This document shows positions 10,180-19,912 of a stretch of 64,000 nt of DNA, in pieces. How positions within the stretch are numbered: position 1 is the stretch's first letter; each line of letters opens with the position of its first letter. The DNA comes from Chloroflexota bacterium (GTDB lineage Bacteria; Chloroflexota; Dehalococcoidia; UBA2979). Made by a program: the position numbers and the translations under genes. The stretch lies in contig JAQCIU010000001.1 of NCBI GenBank assembly GCA_027593235.1, positions 96,001 through 160,000 on the forward strand, given 5' to 3'. Under the pieces are notes generated by a model. The model did not search any database and was not told where the DNA came from. It was given only the letters and a program-made list of their open reading frames with translations.

Positions 10180-10334
10180 GCGCCCCTCCGCCTCGACGCC
10201 CAGCGAGCTGACCCTGTACGCGCGATGATCTTCTCACCGTGAGCGGCGGCGGTCACGCAAATCAGGACTGGATGAAATCGCCGAGGCAGCGCTCGCCGAA
10301 GCCGGCGTCGCGCTCGGAGAACAGATGTCGCGTT

Positions 10335-10646
10335 CTAAGACGCGGCGCGCACTGCGTCGGCGATCCATTGCCGTTCCGGGAGGCCGCGCAGGCCCTCGGA
10401 AGTGGCGTAGAGGCGGCAGCGCGGCGTGCAGTCGGCGCACTCCGTCCAGCCGGGCTCCACGTCGTGGCCGTTGACGCGGATCGTTGGTGAACCGGGGAAG
10501 ACCGTGGCGATGCCGGTCGCCTCGTCGGGGACCTCGACGCGTTCGATCGCGGCGCTGATGCCGGCATCCGCGAGGACGTCGCGCAGCATCGCCTCCGCCA
10601 GCGCGTGGTTGGGGCAGTCCTCGAACCAGAGCAGTTCAATCTTCAT
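10335..10646 (-). CDS. Thioredoxin-like protein (DUF2703-like)
   Basis: FEDCPNH, FPGSPTIRVNG, CRLY. Confidence 0.75.
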   Translation of the reverse strand: MKIELLWFEDCPNHALAEAMLRDVLADAGISAAIERVEVPDEATGIATVFPGSPTIRVNGHDVEPGWTECADCTPRCRLYATSEGLRGLPERQWIADAVRAAS

Positions 10647-10780
10647 ATGGCAGCTCCCGGTGATCGGATTATCGCGCGCTGTCCGTCGCCCGTTGGATTG
10701 GCGATCACCTCGGGGGCTTGCGCGGGCATGCGAAACTGCCGAGGTGAGACACCGGTGAGGGCGTGGACGGAGCAGCAGCA

Positions 10781-11068
10781 ATGGCAAGAGCGACGATCAA
10801 CGGTCACGTGCTGGCAGAGTCCGACGAGTTCGAGGTGGTTGAGGGGAACGTCTACTTCCCGCCGTCGGCGGTGAAGCAGGAGCTGTTCGCGCCGAACCCC
10901 AGCCACACCATCTGTTCCTGGAAGGGCGAGGCGTCGTACTACGACATCGTCGTGGATGGCGAACTCTTCGAGGGGCGGGCTTGGTTCTACCCGGATCCGA
11001 TGGCGGCCGCGGAGAACATCCGCGATTACGTGGCGTTCTACTCGCCGCCGGTCAGCGTCGAGCGCTAG
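10781..11068 (+). CDS. DUF427 protein
   Basis: VEGNVYFP, CSWKGEASYY, AWFYPDP. Confidence 0.9.
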   Translation: MARATINGHVLAESDEFEVVEGNVYFPPSAVKQELFAPNPSHTICSWKGEASYYDIVVDGELFEGRAWFYPDPMAAAENIRDYVAFYSPPVSVER

Positions 11069-11106
11069 CACCTCGGCGGCAGCGGTCACCCTCGAGGGTG
11101 CCGGCG

Positions 11107-11553
11107 CTACGGAACGATCGTCGAGCAGTTGTTGAAGGTGTCGCCGGCCTGGCCACCGCCGTAGCAACTGTCGGTCTCACCGCCGCCATCGAGCGCGTCA
11201 TCGTCCGCGCCGCCCAGCAGCACGTCGTTGCCGGTGCCCCCGGTGAGATCATCGATACCGCCGCCGCCGACGATGCAGTCGTCGCCACCAGCGCCGTCGA
11301 TCACGTCCGCGCCGGCACTGCCGGTGATCAGGTCGTTCGCGCCGGTCCCGGTGAGCGTTCCGGCGCCGGAGACGAGATTCGTCAGCGCCATCCCGAAGCA
11401 TTCGGGCGGGGCCATGTCCTGCACGGTCACGGCGGTCGCCTGCTCGGCGACGCTGCTGTTTGGGGTGAGGTTCGCGGCCGTGGACGCCTGCGGACCGTTC
11501 TCGATGACGGCGAAGACGACGAGCACGATCACGGTGGCGGCGATCAAGCGCAT
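11107..11553 (-). CDS. Small secreted RTX-type Ca-binding repeat protein
   Basis: Signal peptide; GGxGxDx-type nonamers (GAGGDDCIV, GGTGNDVLL). Confidence 0.8.
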   Translation of the reverse strand: MRLIAATVIVLVVFAVIENGPQASTAANLTPNSSVAEQATAVTVQDMAPPECFGMALTNLVSGAGTLTGTGANDLITGSAGADVIDGAGGDDCIVGGGGIDDLTGGTGNDVLLGGADDDALDGGGETDSCYGGGQAGDTFNNCSTIVP

Positions 11554-11688
11554 GGCGATCCCTCTGACCGGATCGTCGCCGTCTTCGCGGGTTGTCTGAC
11601 TGAGGGAATCCCCGGCCTCCGGGGGCGGACGGGCGGATCGCTGCTAACGGGAGACGAGCGATAGCAGCCGGGCGGCTATCGTGAATCG

Positions 11689-13224
11689 ATGCTGACGGCG
11701 CTGGTCCACCCGTCCGATCGCATGCGGCTGGCGCTGCTGCTGCTGCTCGCCGGCGCTTCGACGGCGATCTATGCCTCGTTGACCGTGGTGATGTCGCTCC
11801 ACGAGTTCTTCCCGGGGCCGGGCGTGACGCTGGATTTCCAGTTCATGCTGGGCGACGACTGGGTGGCGAACACGTGGCGGCTCTACGGCTCCTTCGTCGC
11901 GCTCTTCGCGCTCTGGGGCGTGGCGCTGGTCCTCGTCGCACCGCTCGCACCATCGAGGTGGGCGGTCGGCGTGATCGCCCTCGGCGGGGTCGCGATGGCG
12001 GCGGCGCTCGTGCCGATGTACCCGCCGTTCGCGGTCGACTTCTTCCACTACCTGGGCGAGGGGCGGTTGCTCTGGGTCGAGGGTGAGAACCCGATGGTCC
12101 GTGGTCCCGGCGAGTTCTTTCCGATCGGGATGAGCTACGGCAACGAGCCGTCGGCGTACGGGCCGCTCTGGTACTGGACGCTCGGTCCGCCGGTACTCGC
12201 CGGCGGCGACGACTTCCCTCGATCTCTGCTGCTGCTGAAGGCGTGGATGGCAGGCTGGGTCGCGCTGTGTGCGTTCCTCGGCGCACTGATCTCGAGGCAG
12301 ATCGGGCAGACCTCGCGCGCGTCACGGGGCGCGGAGGCGACGACGTAGGCGCGCGGTCGCGAGTTGCTGGTGGCGGTGGCGATCGCGTGGAAGCCGTACG
12401 TGCTCTGGCGGGTAGCTGGAAACGGGCACAACGACATCGTGATGATGGCGTTCGCGCTGGTGGCCGTGTGGTTCGCGGTGGGCGGGGCGTGGCGCTGGGT
12501 GCTGCCGGCGCTCGCGGCATCGATCCTCGTGAAGTACGTGTCGCTGCTGCTGGTCCCGGCGTTCGCGATCTTCCTGCTGCGCCGCACCTCCGAGGAGCGG
12601 CGGGCGCTGTTGCCGGATCTGGCCATCGGCGGTGTGGTCGCGTTGGTCCTCGTGGGCGTCGCGTTCGCGCCCATGTGTGACGGGATCGCGACCTTCGACC
12701 AGGTGCGGGCGCAGTCCGACCGGATCATCACGAGCTTCCCCGATCTGATCTCGATCGCGGTGCACGGGTGGTTCGACGTGTCGCCGGAGCGCGCGGACGA
12801 GATCGGGTTACGCGTCGGCGCCGCGTTGTTCGTGGTCGCGGCCGCGCTGTTGCTCTGGCGCCAGCGGCCGGGTCCCGAGGCGCTGATCGCGACTGCGGCC
12901 TCCGTGATCCTGGCGTACACGTTGCTGGGTATTGGCTGGTTTCGGCCCTGGTATTTCCTCTGGGTCGTCACGCTGGCGGCGCTGCTGCCCGGCCGCTGGT
13001 GGCTGGCGCTGGTGGTGGTGACGTCGATCGCCGGGCTCGCGCCGGACGTGGCAGAGAAGTACGCGGTGTTCATCGGCGGGCTGCGCCCGCTGACCGAGCT
13101 GCATCCCTCGTTGCCGGCGATGCTGGCGCAGTTCCTGCCGCCGGCGCTGCTCTGGGCGTTCGCGCTGGGCCGCACCCGCAGCACGCGGCTAGTGTCCGGG
13201 GCCTCGGGAGCGACGGCGGACTAG
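11689..13224 (+). pseudogene. GT-C membrane glycosyltransferase (MptA/B-like) with in-frame TAG at 12346-12348
   Basis: Both ORF halves in one frame; SAYGPLW, GHNDIVM, LVKY, FRPWY motifs. Confidence 0.75.
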
Positions 13225-14390
13225 CTCCCAGCGAGGACGAATGTCGCCTCGATGTGCGCGCGTTCGGCGAGTTCCGCGACTAGCGCCTGCACCGCCGCGG
13301 CGTCGGCAACCGCGGCCGCGATCTACGCGGGGATAGCGCCCGGCGTGACGTCACGTTCGAGGAGCGCGGACAGCCGTCGGGTGGTGGCCGCATCGACGCG
13401 CGAGAGCAACGGCTGCACGCCGCGGAGGAATGCGCCACCGCGCGCCAGATCGCGTGCCCGCTGCTCGGGGCTCGCCTGTCCCTGGGCGGCGGCGACGCCC
13501 TCGAGGGCGATGCCCTCCAGCGCGGTACGGAGCAAGGCGACGTGCACGACGTCGTGAGCATCGCGGACGGCCGCGGTGTCGCCGCTGGCGGCGGCGGCGG
13601 AGCCCGCGAGGATGGCGGCGAGCGTCTCTTCGTTGAGGACGCCGTTCAGCGCCGGCGCACCCTGAAGGATCACCCAGACGCGATCCCACTCGTGCGGGGC
13701 GCCAAAGGCGCGATCGAGATCGCCGACGCTGGTCAGCCGTTCGCCGGCCTCGAGGGCGACGAGCGCGCGGACGAGCGGCACCTCGATCGCGAAGAGGTTC
13801 GATAGGACGGCGGCGCGATCGGCGGCGGAGCGGTCGGCGAACTCGCCGCTGCCGCTGATCGCGGCGAGCGCGCGATCGGTCAGCCATGCGGCGGATCCGA
13901 ACTCCTCGATGTAACTGGCGCCGAGGGGCCCGGTCGCGGCGGAGGCCGCGACCGCGGCGAGCGACGGCGGGACGGCGCTGCCGATTGGCGCGGGCGCGGC
14001 CTCGTAGGCCTCGCGCACGGCGTCCCAGTCGACGGTGGCGGGATCGAGGAGCAGGCCGCTGAGCTGCTCGATCGCGGCGTTGGTACGAACCTCGAAGGAC
14101 ACGTCGGAGGCGGGCGTGTAAGGGCCGAGGGGCTGTCCGGCCGCGCCGGGGATGCCCTCGGCGTTGACGATCACTGGCTCGGTGGGTGTGGGTGGCGGAT
14201 CGCCGGGGCGCGGCACTTCGCCGCAGGCGGCGCCGAGGATGGTCGCGACGACGGCTAGGGCGACGAGTGCTCGCAAGCGGCGCAGGCGACGCAGACCGCG
14301 CGAGCAGGGCACCCGGGAGGCGTGAGGTGCGCCGGTTGCGCTGGGCGTGTGGGCATTGACCTGCGTCAACGCGCGCCGTAGCGTTGGCAT
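13221..14390 (-). pseudogene. Lipoprotein with FEA1-like motif; probable premature TAG at 13323-13325
   Basis: LGAACG lipobox; GAPHEWD; frame continues 33 codons to a TAG sharing CTAG with the convergent gene; true start may be near 14276. Confidence 0.5.
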
Positions 14391-14448
14391 ATCATCACGT
14401 CAGTGGTGATGCAGCGATGCATCGATTGGCTTCCGCCGATCGGTCCTG

Positions 14449-14534
14449 CCGCTGGGGGGGCCGCAAGGCTGAGATTCCGGACACCGGAACCACCCCAGGA
14501 ACCTGATCTCGGTAATCCGAGCGTAGGGAAGCGG
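14449..14534 (+). ncRNA. TPP riboswitch
   Basis: GGGG..GCTGAGA..ACCC..GAACCTGATC.GGTAAT.CC.GCGTAGGGA; P1 CCGCT/AGCGG; upstream of thiamine-related genes. Confidence 0.95.
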
Positions 14535-14655
14535 TGTATGTCGAAGATGTGGACCTCCGGGCCCGACCGTTCGCGTACCTCTCGTACTTCTCTTCGTGAT
14601 CGATTCTCTGATCCGTTCCTTCGCGGCGCATCCGTGCAGCCGAAGGAGGAGCGGA

Positions 14656-14961
14656 ATGCTTGCAGAGATCCAGGTACTGCCGAACCCCCCGGGAACGCCC
14701 GAGGACTACTACCGACACGTTGAGGCGGCGATCGCGGTCATCCAGACCTCGGGCATCACCTACGAGGTCGATGCCCTCGGCACGACGCTCGACGGTGACG
14801 CCGACGCCATCTGGGCCACCCTACGCCGTGCGCACGAAGCCGTGCTGGCGGCCGGCGCCGACAGCGTAGTGACGGTGGTGAAACTGGCCCAATCCGGAGC
14901 CACTCGTCCCGACGCCACGATCGAGTCGCTGACCGGAAAGTTCCGCGAGGGCGCCTCGTGA
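14656..14961 (+). CDS. Thiamine-binding protein (MTH1187/YkoF family)
   Basis: AGGAGG RBS; SGITYEVDALGTTLDG; TPP leader. Confidence 0.85.
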   Translation: MLAEIQVLPNPPGTPEDYYRHVEAAIAVIQTSGITYEVDALGTTLDGDADAIWATLRRAHEAVLAAGADSVVTVVKLAQSGATRPDATIESLTGKFREGAS

Positions 14962-15746
14962 CCGGCGCGCTGCCGCGCGTGCGGCGGCTGGCGTGGGAGC
15001 TGCTCCCGGCCGCGATCTTCCTCGTGCTCGCGATCGCGGGCTGGGAGATCTGGGTCCGCGCGCGTGACGTGCCGAGCTACCTCGTGCCCGCGCCGAGCGA
15101 GCTGTGGCAGGCCTTCCTCGATCAGCGTGGGACGCTGCCGGCGCACACGCGAACGACGCTCAGCGAGGCAATGCTCGGGCTGTTCTTCGCCGCGGTGCTC
15201 GGCGTCGTGCTGGCGGCGCTGATCGCCAGCGTGCCGATCGCGCGCCGGGTGCTGTACCCGCTGCTGGTGCTGAGCCAGAACATCCCGGTGCTGGTGCTCG
15301 CGCCGTTGCTGGCCGTCTGGTTCGGCTTCGGCATGACGCCGAAGGTCGTGATCGTCGTGCTGATCGGCTTCTTCCCGATCGCCGTGAACACCGCCGACGG
15401 CCTGCTCCGCGCCGACCGCGAGATGGTCGACCTGGTGCGGAGCATGGGCGCGAGTCGCTGGCAGGTGCTGCGAACGGTGCTGGTGCCCTCGGCGGTGCCA
15501 TCGTTTTTCGCGGGGCTCCAGATCGGCGCGGCCTACGCCGTGATCGGCGCGGTGATCGCGGAGTGGATGGGCGCCAGCAGCGGTCTGGGCCTGTTCATCA
15601 CCCGCTCGCAGCGAGCGTTCCGTACCGACCAGATCTTCATGGCGGTGGTGCTGATCGCCCTCGTGAGCATCGCGCTCTTCGCGTGCGTGCAGTTGCTCGC
15701 CCGCCTCGTCATGCCCTGGCGCCAGGCAGGCGCTGAGACCAATTGA
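14958..15746 (+). CDS. ABC permease, ThiX/NitT type
   Basis: EAA-like loop SMGASRWQVL, VIAEW. Confidence 0.9.
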   Translation: MTGALPRVRRLAWELLPAAIFLVLAIAGWEIWVRARDVPSYLVPAPSELWQAFLDQRGTLPAHTRTTLSEAMLGLFFAAVLGVVLAALIASVPIARRVLYPLLVLSQNIPVLVLAPLLAVWFGFGMTPKVVIVVLIGFFPIAVNTADGLLRADREMVDLVRSMGASRWQVLRTVLVPSAVPSFFAGLQIGAAYAVIGAVIAEWMGASSGLGLFITRSQRAFRTDQIFMAVVLIALVSIALFACVQLLARLVMPWRQAGAETN

Positions 15747-15838
15747 GGGCGCCGAACGGCGTTGAAACGAACCGAGAACTGAGAACGACCGTGCCGCGAC
15801 GGGGACAAACGCGGCGCGGTCGCCAGAGAGGAACTGAG

Positions 15839-16882
15839 ATGAAACGACTACTGACCGGAGCGTTGCTGCTCCTGAGTGTGTTCGCCTTCGGGGCGTGCTC
15901 CGACGATGGCGACGCCACAGCAACTGCGGGGCCGGCCGACACCGCCACCGTTGGGACGGGCGACGAGCCCGCCGATCCGGTGTCCGTGACCGTCATGCTC
16001 GACTGGACGCCGAACACGAACCACATCGGCGTCTACGCAGCCCTCGGACAGGGCTACTACGCGGAAGCCGGCCTGGACGTGCGGATCATCGAGCCGGCCG
16101 CCGCCGGCGTGGAAGCGGTGGTCGCCGAGGGCCAGGCCGACTTCGGGTTCTCGTACTCGGAGGCGCTGCTGCCGGCACGCCTCGCGGGCGTGGGCATCAC
16201 CTCGATCGCGACGGCGCTGCCGCACAACGAGTCGAGCCTGATGTCGCTCGCCAGCGCCGGCATCGAGCGCCCTCGGGACTTCGAGGGCAAGCGTTACGGC
16301 GGCTTCGGCGGCGTGCTGGAGCAGCGACTAATCGAGACGTTGGTCGCCTGCGACGGCGGCGATCCGTCGAAGGTCGAGTTCGTCGAGGTCGGCAACATCG
16401 ACTACATCCCCGGGATGCAGCAGGACCGCTTCGACTTCGTCTGGGTCTTCGAGGGCTGGGACGTGATCCGTGCGCGCGGCCTCGAGGGCGTCGAGGTGAC
16501 GACGCTGCCGTTCATCGACTACACCGAGTGCATCCCGGACTGGTACACCCCGATCATCGTCACCGACGACGACCTGATCGCGAACAACCCGGAGCTGGTG
16601 CGGGTCTTCCTCGCGGCGACGGCCCGCGGCTACGACTTCGCCGCCAGCAACCCGGACGAGGCCGCGACGGACCTCCTCACCGCGGTGCCGGAACTCGACG
16701 AGCAACTCGTCCGCGACAGCGCCGCCTATCTCGCCAGCCACTTCACGGATGGCGCTGGCTGGGGCCAACAGCAGGATGCGATCTGGGTCGGTTTCGAGGC
16801 GTTCCTGCGCGAGGCGGGGTTGATCGAGGAGCCGGTCGATGTGTCCACGGTCTACACCAACGAGTTCCTACCCGCCTCGTGA
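15839..16882 (+). CDS. ABC substrate-binding lipoprotein, ThiY/NMT1 type
   Basis: LDWTPNTNHIG, FGACS lipobox. Confidence 0.9.
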   Translation: MKRLLTGALLLLSVFAFGACSDDGDATATAGPADTATVGTGDEPADPVSVTVMLDWTPNTNHIGVYAALGQGYYAEAGLDVRIIEPAAAGVEAVVAEGQADFGFSYSEALLPARLAGVGITSIATALPHNESSLMSLASAGIERPRDFEGKRYGGFGGVLEQRLIETLVACDGGDPSKVEFVEVGNIDYIPGMQQDRFDFVWVFEGWDVIRARGLEGVEVTTLPFIDYTECIPDWYTPIIVTDDDLIANNPELVRVFLAATARGYDFAASNPDEAATDLLTAVPELDEQLVRDSAAYLASHFTDGAGWGQQQDAIWVGFEAFLREAGLIEEPVDVSTVYTNEFLPAS

Positions 16883-16926
16883 TCGGGCGGGCGCCGAGTG
16901 ACAGGTCGAAGGGCGCGCGGTGAGCA

Positions 16927-17685
16927 ATGACTGAAGCGGCGGTCCAGCTCGAGGGCATTCGTCACGTCTTCGCCGGCGACCCGCCGGTGGAGGCGGTGGC
17001 GGACGTCTCGCTCGAGGTGGATCGTGGTTCCTTCGTCTCGCTGCTCGGCCCCAGCGGCTGCGGCAAGAGCACGTTGCTACGCGTCCTCGCCGGCCTCGTC
17101 GAGCCCACCGAGGGCCGCGCCACCATCGACGGCGAGAGCACCATCGGCGCCCCCGGACTCGCCGCCTTCATGCCGCAGCGCGACCTCTTGCTCCCCTGGC
17201 GCCGCGTCGAGGCGAACGCCGTGCTCGGCGCGGAGATCGCCGGCGTCCCGCCCGAGGAGGCACGCCGCCGCGCGCGCGAACTCTACGAACGCTTCGGCCT
17301 CGAGGGCTTCGAGCGCTCGTGGCCGGGCCAACTCTCCGGCGGCATGCGCCAGCGGCTCGCGCTGCTCCGCACCTTCCTCATGCCGCGTGACACGCTGCTC
17401 CTCGACGAGCCGTTCGGCGCGCTCGACGCCATGACTCGCCGCGAAATGCAGGTCTGGCTCGAAGGCGTGCTGGCACAGGATCCGCGCACAGTGCTGCTGG
17501 TCACGCACGACATCGATGAGGCGCTCTTGCTGTCGGACGTCGTCTACGTCATGTCGCCGCGCCCCGGCCGGATCTCCGCGCGCGTCGAGGTGGATCTGGC
17601 GCGCCCTCGACGGGGAGCCGACACGGCGACGCCGCGCTTCGCCGGGTTGAAGGCGGTGGTGCTGGAGGCGCTGGAGGCGGGGTAG
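16927..17685 (+). CDS. ABC ATPase, ThiZ type
   Basis: GPSGCGKST, LSGGMRQR, LLLDEPF. Confidence 0.92.
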   Translation: MTEAAVQLEGIRHVFAGDPPVEAVADVSLEVDRGSFVSLLGPSGCGKSTLLRVLAGLVEPTEGRATIDGESTIGAPGLAAFMPQRDLLLPWRRVEANAVLGAEIAGVPPEEARRRARELYERFGLEGFERSWPGQLSGGMRQRLALLRTFLMPRDTLLLDEPFGALDAMTRREMQVWLEGVLAQDPRTVLLVTHDIDEALLLSDVVYVMSPRPGRISARVEVDLARPRRGADTATPRFAGLKAVVLEALEAG

Positions 17686-17753
17686 GTCGGTCCGGACAGA
17701 CGTTCCGCCGGCGCACCGCCGTATGCTCGATGCCTGACCGGAGGCGTCTACAG

Positions 17754-19112
17754 ATGGCTCGCTCGCTCCAACTCTGGACCGCACTGCTCACCCTCGCGGT
17801 GCTGACCGCGGCCGCCTGCACCTCGGGAGATGGCGGCACCGCGACGCCCAGCGCGACCGCCAGCGCCGAGCCAACAACGGCGTTTGCCACCGCCTCGCCC
17901 ACTCGAACGCCGACCCCGACGCCTACGGCCACGGGGGAGCCGACACGGGTGCCAGATCCACCACGTACCGTGTGGTTGATCGATGGCGCCACCGGCGAAG
18001 TACTCACACTGCACCAGGACGCCTCATATGCGGACGCCCGCTTCAACGCCGCGGGCACCCGTGTAGAACTGCGAACCGCCGAGGAGTGGCTTGCGTTTGC
18101 CCTCGATGGCTCTCCCGCCCCGGCGCCGGAGCGGCGCGAGTGCCTGCCGGCTGGCGAGGACGCGGTGGTTGGTGGCGTGACCTTCGAAGAAACGCGATGT
18201 GGTTCCGTCTCTCCCGACGGCCGCTGGATGCTGTTCCCGGTTCCGCTCGAAAACACGAATGGCGACTGGGACCAGTGGGTACTCGACCTCGAGACCGGCG
18301 AACGGCGTCTCCTCGAACCGGGACTGCGGAGCTGTGGTGGCTGCGACGGTCGCTTCGGCCCGGGGTACTCGCCGGACGAGGGGCACGTCTACTTCGCGGA
18401 GACGGTCGGAAACGGCCGCACCTTCGTGTCCGACCTTCTGAGCGGCGAGACCGATCTGCTGGGCGACGGCGGCACCGAGATCAATCGGAGACCGCTGTGG
18501 GCTCCGAACGGGGAGCGTCTCCTCTACTCGGACGACGGCGAGCGTCTCCTGATCCGCGATTTCGAGAGCGGCGACACCTCCGAGGTCCAAGCACTCGATT
18601 GGCCCGCGAGCTTCGACGCACTTGGCACCTCCATCTTTTCGTCCCCGTACTCGGCAGCGGATGCCGCGCCGACGACCACCGTCGTGGACGCGACGACATT
18701 CGAGGTCCTGGCCAGCGTCGATGGCGCTGCCGGCGTCAGCGCCTTCTGGTACCCGCGTGTGGTCGTCGCGCGCTCCGGCGACGGTATCGTTGTCGCCGTC
18801 GAACAGGCAGCCAGCTGCGTCGAGGGCATCACCATCTACACGCCCGCGTCGCCGGATGGCGCCTGCTTCGAGTCCGCCGTCGGAGCGACCGTCTCACCCG
18901 ACGGGCGGCTCGTCGCCTTCTCCGTGCAGTCCGGTGACACTGCCTCCCACAGCGCCCCATCCGACTTCCGAGTCGTGCTCGTCGATACCGAGAGCCTGGA
19001 GACGCTCGCGACCATCGAGGGGGCTCAGTCGTATGACGCGCCGCCGGTGCTCAAGTGGAACCCGGGTAGTACACACCTACTGGTGACCTGGCCCCACGCT
19101 CTCGGCTTGTAG
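17754..19112 (+). CDS. TolB-like beta-propeller lipoprotein
   Basis: AAACT lipobox, SPDG/WAPNG repeats. Confidence 0.7.
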   Translation: MARSLQLWTALLTLAVLTAAACTSGDGGTATPSATASAEPTTAFATASPTRTPTPTPTATGEPTRVPDPPRTVWLIDGATGEVLTLHQDASYADARFNAAGTRVELRTAEEWLAFALDGSPAPAPERRECLPAGEDAVVGGVTFEETRCGSVSPDGRWMLFPVPLENTNGDWDQWVLDLETGERRLLEPGLRSCGGCDGRFGPGYSPDEGHVYFAETVGNGRTFVSDLLSGETDLLGDGGTEINRRPLWAPNGERLLYSDDGERLLIRDFESGDTSEVQALDWPASFDALGTSIFSSPYSAADAAPTTTVVDATTFEVLASVDGAAGVSAFWYPRVVVARSGDGIVVAVEQAASCVEGITIYTPASPDGACFESAVGATVSPDGRLVAFSVQSGDTASHSAPSDFRVVLVDTESLETLATIEGAQSYDAPPVLKWNPGSTHLLVTWPHALGL

Positions 19113-19570
19113 GAGCGACGATCGACCGCGTCGACCCGGCGAGCGACGATGCGCGCTGGTGTGTTGAGCAGTACTTCGCCGAGCTCGCTGACCGTTTCGA
19201 GGCCGGCTTCGACCCCGGCGAGACCGCTCCCGCCGATGCCGCGGAACTCGTTCCGCCGCACGGCGTCTTCCTCGTCGCCCACCTCGATGGTCGTCCCGTC
19301 GCCTGCGGCGCCGTGAAGACCTGGACCGCGGGTGTGGCCGACATCAAGCGGATGTGGGTCGCTCCCGAGGCCCGCGGCAGCGGCCTCGGCCGACGGATGC
19401 TCGTCGCGCTCGAGGGCGAAGCGAGGGCGTTGGGCCTCGGAGCTGCGCGGCTCGAAACGAACGGCGCACTCGACGAGGCGCTGGCGATGTACCGCAGCCA
19501 CGGCTACCGCCCGATCGAGCCCTACAGCGGCGATCCGTACGCCGACTTCGCATTCGAGCGGGAGCTGTAG
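19112..19570 (+). pseudogene. GNAT acetyltransferase lacking a canonical start
   Basis: Open frame from 19112 (DPASDDARWCVEQYFAEL...IKRMWVAPEARGSGLG); first start codon only at 19313. Confidence 0.6.
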
Positions 19571-19912
19571 CACTTTCTCGAGCGCGAAGGCTGCGTGACG
19601 GCTAGAACGGGTCTGGGATCTCGACGCTGCAAATCCCGTTGCCTTCCCAGGTACCGCCAAGCTCTGGGCACTCTGACGAAGTGATAGCCATCTGACCAAT
19701 CAGGCGGCGGCGTTCGATTTCGGGGCGTTCGTACATCATCCGATGCTCTCCAAATGCTGTGATATTCCTGTTGAGTTACTTCGAGCGCAACTTATCAGAA
19801 CGGCGGCGTGCGTTCTCCTGTTGCAAAGAAGACTCGACGATCCGCCAGCAACCGGACTGAGGTCACTACGTCCCGCCCGGGGGCCAAGCTGCGATCGGTC
19901 GGTGGGGGTGCG

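Noticed and set aside
19571-19912. Lower-GC intergenic region as ncRNA
   Set aside because: No strong pairing or known motif found; likely promoter DNA
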